This document shows, in pieces, positions 51,704 to 63,564 of a stretch of 64,000 bases of DNA. The first letter of the stretch is position 1, and each line of letters opens with the position of its first letter. The notes under the pieces are model-generated. The model did not search any database and was not told the origin of the DNA. It saw only the letters and a program-made list of their open reading frames with translations. The stretch is taken from the NCBI RefSeq assembly GCF_001194135.2, contig NC_068987.1:100692088-100756087 (forward strand), given 5' to 3'. A program made the translations under genes and the position numbers. The DNA comes from Octopus bimaculoides (taxonomy: Eukaryota).

Positions 51704-51740
51704 TCTATATGAATATTAATTTGAATATTTACTCATATGT
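50865..51740. repeat. Composite inverted and direct repeat region
   Basis: Inverted pairs 50926-50963/51007-51044 and 50888-50911/51096-51119. A third inverted arm at 51462-51529 pairs with 50926-50980. A direct repeat of about 125 bp lies at 51295-51420 and 51602-51738. Confidence 0.8.
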
Positions 51741-51982
51741 ATATATATTGGGTGCTCGGGCTAAATTTGCTGGAGAGCATAGCGATTATAAAAATAAGGA
51801 AAAGGTATAAGGTTTATGCCGGAAAAAAAATAAAATTTTCATTAAATAAAATATTTACATTGTTGATCGGTTTAATTTCCGATAATGTAATAATTTCATG
51901 GAGTTATTTTGAAAAGGAGTCGAACGATAAATAACTTTTAGGGACGTAATCAGTTATCGTTATTAATAGAAGCAGGTATAAT

Positions 51983-52386
51983 GCGGTGACCTGGCAGAAA
52001 CGTAAGCACGTTGGGCGAAATGCTTAGCGGTATTTCGTCTGTCTTTACGTTCTGAATGCAAATTCCACCGAGGTTGACTTTGCCTTTCATCCTTTCTGGG
52101 TCGATAAATTACGTACCAGTTGCTTACTCAGGTCGTTCGACAGACCCTTTTCTCCCCCAAAATTTCGAGCCTTATGCCTAGAGTAGAAAAGAATCGTTAG
52201 CATGCCGATAAAATTGCTTAGTAACATTTCATCCGTCCGTATATTCTGAGTTTAAATTTCACCGGGGTCGACTTAGCATTTCATTATTTGGAATCGATAA
52301 AATAATCACCAGTTGCATACTGGGATCGATTTAGCCGATTTTCTCCCTCCCTCGAAGTTGCTGGCATTGCGCCATAATCTGAAAGC
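51983..52386 (+). mobile_element. Tandem dimer of SINE family 2
   Basis: A well-preserved copy at 51983-52191 (gcggtgacctggcagaaacg...gagtagaaaagaat) is fused through the shared gaat to a 5'-truncated, more diverged copy at 52191-52386. Confidence 0.88.
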
Positions 52387-52699
52387 ATTATTAGCAGCTG
52401 ATATATTTTTTATCAGCTAAAATATTTATATAGTCGAAAATTGGTTACAGTTTCAACTGCAGGCTCTGTTGATATTGAAGTTTGTTTGAATTTTGCCTGC
52501 ACATGTGTGTATGTGTTCGTTTAATGGTATTTGTCCATATCTTGGGAAACGAATTTATTCTCTATGCAGTGTTGTTTCCCTATCTGAGAGATTCTGTATC
52601 GAGTATCACTACAAAGATGTGGATACTTATTTAATCAATATATAAGATAATATCAAAAAAGATATATGGATTATTGTTTTATACTTTGAAATGAAAGTG

Positions 52700-52900
52700 T
52701 TGATAATCTATTCGAATTTAAGTCAATGCTATGTGGTATAAATATGAACATCGTGTTCTTAAAGGAATACACCAACACGAAGGTCGAGCTGATGGTCAAA
52801 GAAATGCTCATAGATATTCCCAGGGGCATAGTGATAGTCGTTGGGAGGCTGTGGTGGAAACTGAGAGCGGCTATTTTGAGTGAACTGTTACCTTCCAACC
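52700..52900 (+). mobile_element. Possible decayed LINE ORF1 remnant
   Basis: KVELMVKEMLIDIPRGIVI / DSRWEAVVE resembles the DIPxxI...VVVEGR segment of ORF1, similar to the 39.9-40.1 kb region. Weak. Confidence 0.28.
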
Positions 52901-54897
52901 ATAATGTATTTGATATCTATTTGTTGATTTTATCATTTTTTCTTTACTTTTTGTCTCGGATGGTATATATTGTGCCTTCTATTCCTTTTGTGTAAACTTT
53001 CAATTTTTTCCGAATACCTGGTAATGTATATAATACAAAAAGCAGCATCTACGAACACTCCGAACGCTTACACATGGGATTGTGTTTGTTCGCGAATGTG
53101 TTTGCGAATGTATCAATGCTTTAAAATTGTACTGTTTATGAATTACGCGTATTCTATATTTCTATAACATTCCAATGATTAATTTTACTATATTTTCCTT
53201 TCCATTCTATCTGTGACATAGGTTTTCTTCCTTCCAACTATTTATAACTAGCTTGCTACATCCACGTAAAGTTTTCTTTATTTTAAATCTATACATTTAA
53301 ATAAGTATATTCTCATTCCTATTAATACAAAAATAGAGTTAGATAGGCACACACATACAAACTTATACATACAGTTTTCTAGTATTGAAGCGAAAGGCAT
53401 AAACACATAAATATCTTTATTAGTTACAGTTTAAATATATAGATTTAATATTAAAATTATTAGTCTACTTTCGTTGTAAAGTTTCGCTGTATAATAAACC
53501 AACCACATACAAATATTTAGATACACATTTTTACATAAACATTGACGTAACATGCCGTATCTCAACTAAATCACTTCAAGTGGTATTCAAACTAACTAAC
53601 GTTATAGAATATTTACTCATAAATTTGAGATCTTTCTCTTTTATTAGAAAGTTACGTTTCATTTTTCTCTTTAAATTTCTTTTTCCATTACGTTTTGCTG
53701 ATGTTAAAGTTTAGAACTATAATGGTTTTTCAAAATAATATTTAACGGTTATAATATTTAAATGAGTTTTTGATTTGAATATTAGATATTAACTCTATCA
53801 TTCTTATAAATAGAACACAGTCCTGCAATATCTTTTCCTATTCCTTTATTTTTTCTATAAATCGATAAGTATATAGCAATTGCGGTCATCTAGATGGTCA
53901 TGTTTTTTTCATATTTCTTCTCTTTTGCAGCAGTGTTTGAAAACACATTCTCAAACAGTATACCTGAAATCGATTAAGTTTGAATTCCGCCGTACAGTTT
54001 GTTTGAATAATGGTGTTACAGGAATTACAAAAAAAAAAAACCTAATATAACTTGCAGCTTAATTTTAAGTTTTAAGTTTATTGGTATTTACAAGTATTTC
54101 TTTAGTATATGTATTTTCCCAGGATTCATAAACTAGTACAATGACCATGGTAAATTACAGATNNNNNNNNNNNNNNNNNNNNNNNNNNNNNNNNNNNNNN
54201 NNNNNNNNNNNNNNNNNNNNNNNNNNNNNNNNNNNNNNNNNNNNNNNNNNNNNNNNNNNNNNNNNNNNNNNNNNNNNNNNNNNNNNNNNNNNNNNNNNNN
54301 NNNNNNNNNNNNNNNNNNNNNNNNNNNNNNNNNNNNNNNNNNNNNNNNNNNNNNNNNNNNNNNNNNNNNNNNNNNNNNNNNNNNNNNNNNNNNNNNNNNN
54401 NNNNNNNNNNNNNNNNNNNNNNNNNNNNNNNNNNNNNNNNNNNNNNNNNNNNNNNNNNNNNNNNNNNNNNNNNNNNNNNNNNNNNNNNNNNNNNNNNNNN
54501 NNNNNNNNNNNNNNNNNNNNNNNNNNNNNNNNNNNNNNNNNNNNNNNNNNNNNNNNNNNNNNNNNNNNNNNNNNNNNNNNNNNNNNNNNNNNNNNNNNNN
54601 NNNNNNNNNNNNNNNNNNNNNNNNNNNNNNNNNNNNNNNNNNNNNNNNNNNNNNNNNNNNNNNNNNNNNNNNNNNNNNNNNNNNNNNNNNNNNNNNNNTA
54701 TTACAGACACAAGATGTGATCTATTTCTAGCGCATTAATTGTCCACGTTAGTGGTCAACGTTATTTTTTAAAATGTACCTTAATCCCATGAGATTGCAGA
54801 TAATATTTCTGAATCTCTTTGATTCTTTGAATGTGCTGGCCCCCTGATAATTAATCGATATTAATTAATATATTAATATATGACTAATTACCAGATC

Positions 54898-54935
<38 letters not shown>

Positions 54936-55311
54936 TTTATGCATATATCAATATTATCTCAGTTAAAAAAAACCTTGACAATGTAAATATGCTAATAGTT
55001 ACCATGGGTAGCAAAAATCACACAAAAAACAGGATATCACACCCGTTTTATTGGTAGAGATACCAAGTTAAAGCAATGCATTTTGAGTAGATATGAATAA
55101 TAACAATAAATGGAACGAAACGCATATAAATAAAACTTCCTTTAATTCCTACACATGTTTCAAATTATATGTGCACTCTACTCCAAAGAAGTAAGATCTG
55201 CTGGAATTGCATACCTACACTACAGGCATACCTACTTACACGCAGACATACATGCATAATACATACATACGTATATAAATATGTGCATTCATGCATATAT
55301 ACATGTTATGA

Positions 55312-55348
<37 letters not shown>

Positions 55349-56173
55349 ATTACAGGAAAATGTGATTCATGATAGTCAACTATATTGCTGGTGTTCAATC
55401 TTAAAATATATTCATCTTGTATCTGCTCTCACGATACGGATGCAGTTATAATAACTCTCTCAACAATTTCATTGTTTCTACGACATATTTTCGCTCGTAT
55501 TTTTTCACTTGACTCTCGTAAAAAAAAAAAGCGTTTTAAAAATGAAAATATGCTGCATTCAAATTGATATGGAGTTTACGTTTCTTTCGCAGCTGAAAAA
55601 TAATTGAGTAATATAAGTAGGTATGACACTTAGTAGATGAATAGATAGCTACATTCTGAGAATTAAACAGGAGATTTACAATATGCTGAGTTGCTGAATG
55701 CAACGATAGTAATTTTCTTTATGGCATAAATGATGGGTAACAGATATTAATTTTCATGCTTATGCAGTTTCTAAGAAAATGGTAACGTAAACATATCAAA
55801 ATTTCAAGAGGTCCTCTAGAACTTTCTTTATAGTGTGCCCACTTGCATATATATATGCATACACACATATATGTTTATGCGTGTGCGTCTCTCTTTCTTT
55901 CTCTCCTCCCCTCCCTCTCTCTCTCTCTCTCCGTATATATATATATATATATATATAAGATATTATGCGTTTAAAGACTTTTGATATTTATGTGCAAGCT
56001 CTTATTCAGAATATTATCATAAGGAGATTTTATTAGCGGACATTTTGTCTCTCCGATCGTTGCATATGTCTTTATCCAGTGTATCAAAACTTTAATAAGT
56101 ACGACTTCTTGAGAGATATGAAGAATGCGTTTTAGCTCTCTTGTTACACCAGTTTACTTTTTGTTTCATTGTT

Positions 56174-56395
56174 CTGACAGCAAAAACTTTAGCACGCCGG
56201 GCGAAATGCTTACCACTATTTCGTTTGTATTTACGTTCTGAGATCAAATTCCGCCGAGGTCCACTTTGGCTTTCATCCTTTCGGGGTTGATAAACTAAGT
56301 ACCAGAGGCGTACGGGGGGTCGATCTAATCAACTAGCGCCCTCCCCCATCCCCAAAAAGAAAAAAAACTTCGGGCCTTGTGCCTAGAGTAGAAAA
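56174..56395 (+). mobile_element. SINE family 2, near full length
   Basis: ttagcacgccgggcgaaatgctta...tacgttctgagatcaaattccgccgaggtccactttggctttcatcctttcggggttgataaactaagtacc...ttcgggccttgtgcctagagtagaaaa. Confidence 0.9.
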
Positions 56396-56519
56396 ACGAA
56401 AACATTTTTTGTGAGTATTTGTGGGGAACCTTCTTGCAATTCAGTAACCTAGTTTACATCATTTTGTTCTTATCGTTATTCTGAGAAATAATTTTGTTGA
56501 TGATACAAATGTAAGTGTA

Positions 56520-56880
56520 TCAGGTCATCCCATAATTAATATCGTTTTTGTATTAGGCGTTGAAGAAATAAAGAAATAAAAATAAGCAAGAAAGGCACCA
56601 ATTTAACCATCTATATATTCTCCAACTGAATCAATAACATTCTTCTGATGCTGTAAAATGTTTTTTGTATATCATTCATATAAAATCAGGTGGCTTAGAA
56701 GAGAAAAAAAACTTTTGGAGATCCGTTTCAACTGCCTCTAAGGAATTGTATTCTTTTCCATGAATAGAATTTTGCATGATTCGGAATTAATGAAAATCCA
56801 AAGGATCAAGGTCAGGAGTATACGAATGAGATGGAAACCTTTCCCAATCTGACTCCTCAATCTTGGCACATGTGAGATAT
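56520..56880 (-). mobile_element. Mariner transposase C-terminus with its terminal TIR
   Basis: WERFPSHSYTPDLDPLDFH*FRIMQNSIHGKEYNSLEAVE resembles HPPYSPDLAPSDFHLFRSL. The terminus TA-tcaggtcatcccataa lies at 56518-56535. Confidence 0.8.
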
Positions 56881-58520
56881 ATATAAAACAACAAACAAGA
56901 TGAGGACAAATATCCATCGAATGTAAATAATGTAAATAATGTACATAATTCCCCATCTCTTAAATATAGAACTGTAAAGTCACTTTTATTCAAAACACCT
57001 TTTTATTTTTTATTCAAAACACCATTTCTTGCATGCTAAAGTCTCCTTGTTGAAATGTTTACACTCCTAAAACATGACATCTTTAAATGTGCTTTCCTGT
57101 GACCTCTGTATTCACGAGGGGCTATTAGAGCAACAAATAATTATTTGTGTGTTAGCCAGAATCTATGAAGCTGAAGCATTCCTTATTCTGTGGTACTCAT
57201 GCACCCGTGTCAAAATCTTGTTTAAACGTGTAAGAGCTTGTTTCAAAAAGTATGGTCTGAAAAACGACATTACTTATGAGATAACCTGATAATACGCCAT
57301 CACTAACTTTTGAATAGAATAGCTTTGTTGAAAAGAATAGATTTGTTGTTCTAACAACAGCAACGTTCAACATATATGGGTGCGAGGCCAGAACATTTGA
57401 AAACGGTCTCAATTCTGTTTCTATGTAAAATGTTATAAAACCTCATTATATTATTCATTATGTAAAAGTTTGCGACAATGAACTATAATTTAGCAAGTCA
57501 CGAACTTATTTTAACAGGCTAACTGTCTTGATTGTGACTTAGGTTTCTTTCCTTTGATGATGTTATTCAAAACATAACACTCAACTGTGATCCAATATAT
57601 TAAGTTTTCGATGTCCTTTCTCAAAGGAACTAATATTAATGGAGATTATTTTTGGATGATAATAGCATTTGAGAACGAGGCATCGTATACATGATAATTC
57701 CAACGTTTTATTGAAACTATTGTGTCTATGATATTCATCGACGGTAATCTTTGCGGAACGTATTAGTGGCAATAATAATACCATTCTGAAATGTGATGTT
57801 CCAAAGCGGAGAGACAGAAAAATCACATTTACACGGAATATCAAAAAGTTATGCTGTTTGTAATTAAACACAAATATGCTTATTGGACTTTTCTACAACT
57901 ATAAACTCTGTCCTTCTCTCTTTCTCGGTCTCTCTCTCTCTCTCTCTCTCCCAACACACGCACAGCCGCATGTATTCATATATATAATTTATAATTATGT
58001 GCATATAGAAATATATATATATATANNNNNNNNNNNNNNNNNNNNNNNNNNNNNNNNNNNNNNNNNNNNNNNNNNNNNNNNNNNNNNNNNNNNNNNNNNN
58101 NNNNNNNNNNNNNNNNNNNNNNNNNNNNNNNNNNNNNNNNNNNNNNNNNNNNNNNNNNNNNNNNNNNNNNNNNNNNTATATATATATATATACATATACA
58201 TACATGCCTACATACAAACACACATACATGCATACATACATACGCACATACATACATACATACATACATACATACACACACACATACATAATACATACAT
58301 ACATATAAATCATAGCAACAAAAGTTTTCTGGCATGCGTTCATTGGACGCTTGTTATGGAAGAAGTACAGTAGACTGAAGTCACCACATGATCTGGCAGT
58401 CTCCGTTCGCATGCTATAAAAAAATTCGTATTGTTTGTAAACATTTAAATACACACGCACAAGCACACACTCACACACACATACACAAATGTATATATAT
58501 ATATATGTGTGTGTGCGTGT

Positions 58521-59430
58521 GTTTCAGTTCGTGAGTTCCGGTCATACTGGCGTGCTGCCGTTAGCTTTGACACATCCAATACTTCAAACCTCTTCCGAAT
58601 TTGTAGTTATTGCACTCATCTGCACATCTTGCCGTTAGGTGGGTTAATCAAGGACTTTTGACAGGAGTGACTCCAGCTTTGTTTTGAAGACACCAACATC
58701 CATCCTTTGTCAGTCACTCGGGCTTTTTAGGAAGATGTTGATGTGCTGTGGGTTCTTGAAACCTCAGCTAATGCAATATCTGCTCCTGTATGCTGATGGC
58801 AAATTTGGCATTCTTGGCACAGTATATTGGTGCCCCGTTCTGCTGCTTGTGTAACTATCAATGCCAAAGTAAATCACTGCACATCTTTTCCACCTCCGTT
58901 CTAGAGAGCAGAGTCTTAACTTTTCAGTCTGTCTCAAAAGCTGACATGTTGTTTTGAGAGCGTTGTGGAGCTTCGTGTTTCGTCGTTCATTTGACACTGA
59001 GTGGTACCCACAGTAGATAATGATATACTAAACGGCTATGGACCATCGTGTTTTCCTGTTTTCTCGTTCTGAAAGTTCTGATGGTCCATCCGTCCAGCTG
59101 TCTACTTTTTTATTGCCAACTCAGTAAAATGCGCCAGGACGGAGGTACCATTACGCATTCAAATGAACGGCTCATACACTGATTTTCATTCAGGGATTTA
59201 TCCCTCCAGGGCAGCGTGTCGTGTCTGCATTTTATTCACATGTGTGTGCTAGTAGCGCAGGGTTTGGAATTTTCCAGCATTACACTGTATCTTATTGTCC
59301 TCAGCATATATGCATATTGCGTCCAATTCCTGTTGCAAGCGAGCAACATCTGTAGTGTTTTGTATCCTTTGAGAGACATTTTTATCATATACATACCTAG
59401 CAAGGGTGGCTATGTGAGCAGGTGTGGGCA
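58521..59430 (-). mobile_element. CR1-like LINE, 3' ~900 bp
   Basis: IAT..YDKNVSQRIQNTTDVARLQQELDAI..AEDNKIQCNAGKFQTLRY, LxGWTIRTFRTRKQE, EKLRLCSLERRWKRCAVIY..., FKTKLESLLSKVLD, and the terminal tail ggcagcacgccagtatgaccggaactcacgaactgaaac. Confidence 0.88.
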
Positions 59431-60825
59431 TGTCTGAGAGTATACATACACAAACACGCATGCACACATCGTCAGGAGATGTGTGTTAATGTGTTGTAAG
59501 TAAATATATACATGCTTATATATGTTTGTGTGCAAGTGTGTGTTTGAAACTAAAACAGCTGAATTCTGTTACGTTTATTTTGTACAGAACATACAAAAAC
59601 ATATAGAAATACTTTTTATGCATAAATTACCACTTTATATAAATGAGGTTTATTATGTTCTTTCACTGCTTTCTAGGAATTTGAATATGAAATCCGTTTG
59701 CATTATAACACTGACTGGGCATAACAATAACAAATGTTCATGAAAAATTGCCCGATTGTCAACATAATAAGTGTATGTTCATATAAGCCTTTGAATTCGT
59801 TTTTCCTTTTTTTTCTGAAGGAAGCTAATTAGCTTTACGGTTGGAACGCAACTGGATACAATTCACAGGATAATCACAGAATTGTAGTTGACAAAGATTA
59901 ATTACTCAGGTCAAAACGTAACCATACATTGATATGCAAGATACTCATCAATTTAACGTCATTTACCGATTCTTAGTAGATCTGAATGAAATATTTCACA
60001 AAGGGAAATATTTTCTTTTTTACATTGTAAACCACAGTCAAGATAAAATCATAGATATGAGAAAATAACTTGGTAAGTGATTTTAGTGACAATGAAGACT
60101 ATACTATCTTCAAAGATCTTGAAAGATATGGTGGTATGTAAAACTGGAATATAATACAGAAGCCTGATGAAAGAGTCAGTGCAAGTCTATAACAGTCATA
60201 ACTTATGTAGATTAAATGAAAGAAAAAAAATTATGTGCTTCACTTTTACGATATTAAAACATAAATAGTAAATTACGTTGCTGTAGGTATGCATGATTTG
60301 GCTATGTGGTAGCCACCTTGTANNNNNNNNNNNNNNNNNNNNNNNNNNNNNNNNNNNNNNNNNNNNNNNNNNNNNNNNNNNNNNNNNNNNNNNNNNNNNN
60401 NNNNNNNNNNNNNNNNNNNNNNNNNNNNNNNNNNNNNNNNNNNNNNNNNNNNNNNNNNNNNNNNNNNNNNNNNNNNNNNNNNNNNNNNNNNNNNNNNNNN
60501 NNNNNNNNNNNNNNNNNNNNNNNNNNNNNNNNNNNNNNNNNNNNNNNNNNNNNNNNNNNNNNNNNNNNNNNNNNNNNNNNNNNNNNNNNNNNNNNNNNNN
60601 NNNNNNNNNNNNNNNNNNNNNNNNNNNNNNNNNNNNNNNNNNNNNNNNNNNNNNNNNNNNNNNNNNNNNNNNNNNNNNNNNNNNNNNNNNNNNNNNNNNN
60701 NNNNNNNNNNNNNNNNNNNNNNNNNNNNNNNNNNNNNNNNNNNNNNNNNNNNNNNNNNNNNNNNNNNNNNNNNNNNNNNNNNNNNNNNNNNNNNNNNNNN
60801 NNNNNNNNNNNNNNNNNNNNNNNNN

Positions 60826-60827
60826 AT

Positions 60828-60926
<99 letters not shown>

Positions 60927-60929
60927 CAG

Positions 60930-60975
<46 letters not shown>
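60826..60975. repeat. (GATA)n microsatellite
   Basis: Directly visible. Confidence 0.95.
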
Positions 60976-61286
60976 CTACATAGTTCATTGTGATATTATC
61001 TACCAATTAGACATGATGTTCTGGCCAAGATAATGCAAAATGTAAGCCATTGGTAAGATAACATTAAGATGAAGACAGCGCAGGCACTCATAAGATAAAC
61101 TGTAGTTGTGGAACAACTAATCGGACGTGTATTTGTGGAGATATTGGCATATATAGGTACACTTATAAACAACTATCTTGTTCGTGTAGAAATTTCAATG
61201 AAGGAAATTTGGAATAGGTTAGAAAACTGTTCTTAATCTATTGATGTGAAACCTAGGAAGATATCATAATATTAGCACATACATGC

Positions 61287-61328
<42 letters not shown>

Positions 61329-61465
61329 ATTCATAAATAGATACACACATACACACACATATGTGTGTATGTGTCTGTGTGTATAATGTATGAAGATAGA
61401 GATATAGATGTGAAGTGCTGTAAAAATCTGATATATTAATTAAAAAATAGTTGGTCGGGATATGG

Positions 61466-61513
<48 letters not shown>

Positions 61514-61530
61514 ATACATGCATACAAACG

Positions 61531-61564
<34 letters not shown>

Positions 61565-63564
61565 TACAGAAAGAGAGGGGGACAGACAGACAGACATATA
61601 CACATTTACGTGTATATATACGTGTGAATGTGACTGTGTGTGGATCGGATTCTCGAAAATCTCTGAGAACATTTCATTCGTCATCTTATAGATCTTGGTT
61701 TCCCACTCACGTCTGAAACCGATAAACTAACAATTTTAAGTCGCAAGATTCTACACATCACATAACGAAGCATAGCCTGTGTATCTTGACGCCTATTACC
61801 GATATCTGGATAGGTTTCTCGCTAAGAAAACTGCTAAGGTATACTCAAAATAATAGCCAAAACAGTGTAACCATCAAAAATTCTGGATCCTCCAAGCAGA
61901 GATATCACGCTGATTGAAAATATAGTAAGTCAGTCCATAACACCGAGAAACAATACAGGAAATAACATTAAATACTGAAAGAATTGCCCAGGTAAGGGCT
62001 GGTTCTAAACGATGAAAACAGAACTAAAAAGGGCGAAATTACTTTCGTGAATATTTGAAAATTATAACTGTTGCCTTCAGAAGAAATATTACGTATGGTG
62101 TACCGCTATATATATANNNNNNNNNNNNNNNNNNNNNNNNNNNNNNNNNNNNNNNNNNNNNNNNNNNNNNNNNNNNNNNNNNNNNNNNNNNNNNNNNNNN
62201 NNNNNNNNNNNNNNNNNNNNNNNNNNNNNNNNNNNNNNNNNNNNNNNNNNNNNNNNNNNNNNNNNNNNNNNNNNNNNNNNNNNNNNNNNNNNNNNNNNNN
62301 NNNNNNNNNNNNNNNNNNNNNNNNNNNNNNNNNNNNNNNNNNNNNNNNNNNNNNNNNNNNNNNNNNNNNNNNNNNNNNNNNNNNNNNNNNNNNNNNNNNN
62401 NNNNNNNNNNNNNNNNNNNNNNNNNNNNNNNNNNNNNNNNNNNNNNNNNNNNNNNNNNNNNNNNNNNNNNNNNNNNNNNNNNNNNNNNNNNNNNNNNNNN
62501 NNNNNNNNNNNNNNNNNNNNNNNNNNNNNNNNNNNNNNNNNNNNNNNNNNNNNNNNNNNNNNNNNNNNNNNNNNNNNNNNNNNNNNNNNNNNNNNNNNNN
62601 NNNNNNNNNNNNNNNNNNNNNNNNNNNNNNNNNNNNNNNNNNNNNNNNNNNNNNNNNNNNNNNNNNNNNNNNNNNNNNNNNNNNNNNNNNNNNNNNNNNN
62701 NNNNNNNNNNNNNNNNNNNNNNNNNNNNNNNNNNNNNNNNNNNNNNNNNNNNNNNNNNNNNNNNNNNNNNNNNNNNNNNNNNNNNNNNNNNNNNNNNNNN
62801 NNNNNNNNNNNNNNNNNNNNNNNNNNNNNNNNNNNNNNNNNNNNNNNNNNNNNNNNNNNNNNNNNNNNNNNNNNNNNNNNNNNNNNNNNNNNNNNNNNNN
62901 NNNNNNNNNNNNNNNNNNNNNNNNNNNNNNNNNNNNNNNNNNNNNNNNNNNNNNNNNNNNNNNNNNNNNNNNNNNNNNNNNNNNNNNNNNNNNNNNNNNN
63001 NNNNNNNNNNNNNNNNNNNNNNNNNNNNNNNNTATATATATATATATATATACACATGTATGCATACACATACTCATACTCCTGTCTGTGTGTCGCTGCA
63101 AGATTTCACTAGAAGTCTTCATATATTGTTTCTGATATGATATAGTTATACGTTTGTGTGTGTGTGTATGTATGTACGTATGTACGTATGTATGTATGTA
63201 TATATGTATGTATGTATGTATGTATGAATCTGAGTGGCTATATTTGTCGCTTTTTGATTATCTGTGATGTAACATTATTGTTTAAATATCAATGTTAGTT
63301 ATATAAGATTGTACGCATACCTTTAGTTTGCCTTCAATTTCTATGAGGTATATCCATAACGTTTCTTTTTATGTATCTCTCTAGCTTCCTCAGTTCCTCC
63401 TTCCGTTTTTTTCCCTCCTCCTTTCTGTTCTTCTCTTTATGCATCTCTCTCTGTCCCTGTCTGTATGTCTGTCCGTGTCTGCCTGTCTGTCTGTCTGACG
63501 GAGAAGCTGTTGTGAACTTCGAAACATACCTCTGCGCTCTTCTTAACTATCTATCTATCTATCT

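Larger units (their letters stand above)
975..63031. other. 20 assembly gaps (N runs) between these coordinates
   Basis: N runs at 975-1712, 3665-3907, 4640-4876, 5971-6108, 9354-10210, 11284-11910, 13565-13981, 14572-15187, 18167-19089, 22410-22501, 30552-31180, 44327-44717, 45114-45832, 46601-47411, 48767-48825, 50550-50688, 54163-54698, 58026-58176, 60323-60825 and 62117-63031. Most are bounded by simple repeats, as expected for short-read contig breaks. Confidence 0.97.

Noticed and set aside
53900-54050. Splice acceptor ttcttctcttttgcag at 53930 and a possible exon
   Set aside because: The frames are short, there is no convincing donor, and no product is recognisable.
61010-61260. Additional R4/Dong fragment (LPIRHDVLAKI)
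   Set aside because: Only one short motif matches, and the following RLE motifs cannot be recovered.
811-63140. The many 150-450 aa ORFs in the supplied track
   Set aside because: They consist of X from N-gaps and translated microsatellites (YIYI, THTH, CVCV, LSIY, poly-N/I/L). They are not genes.
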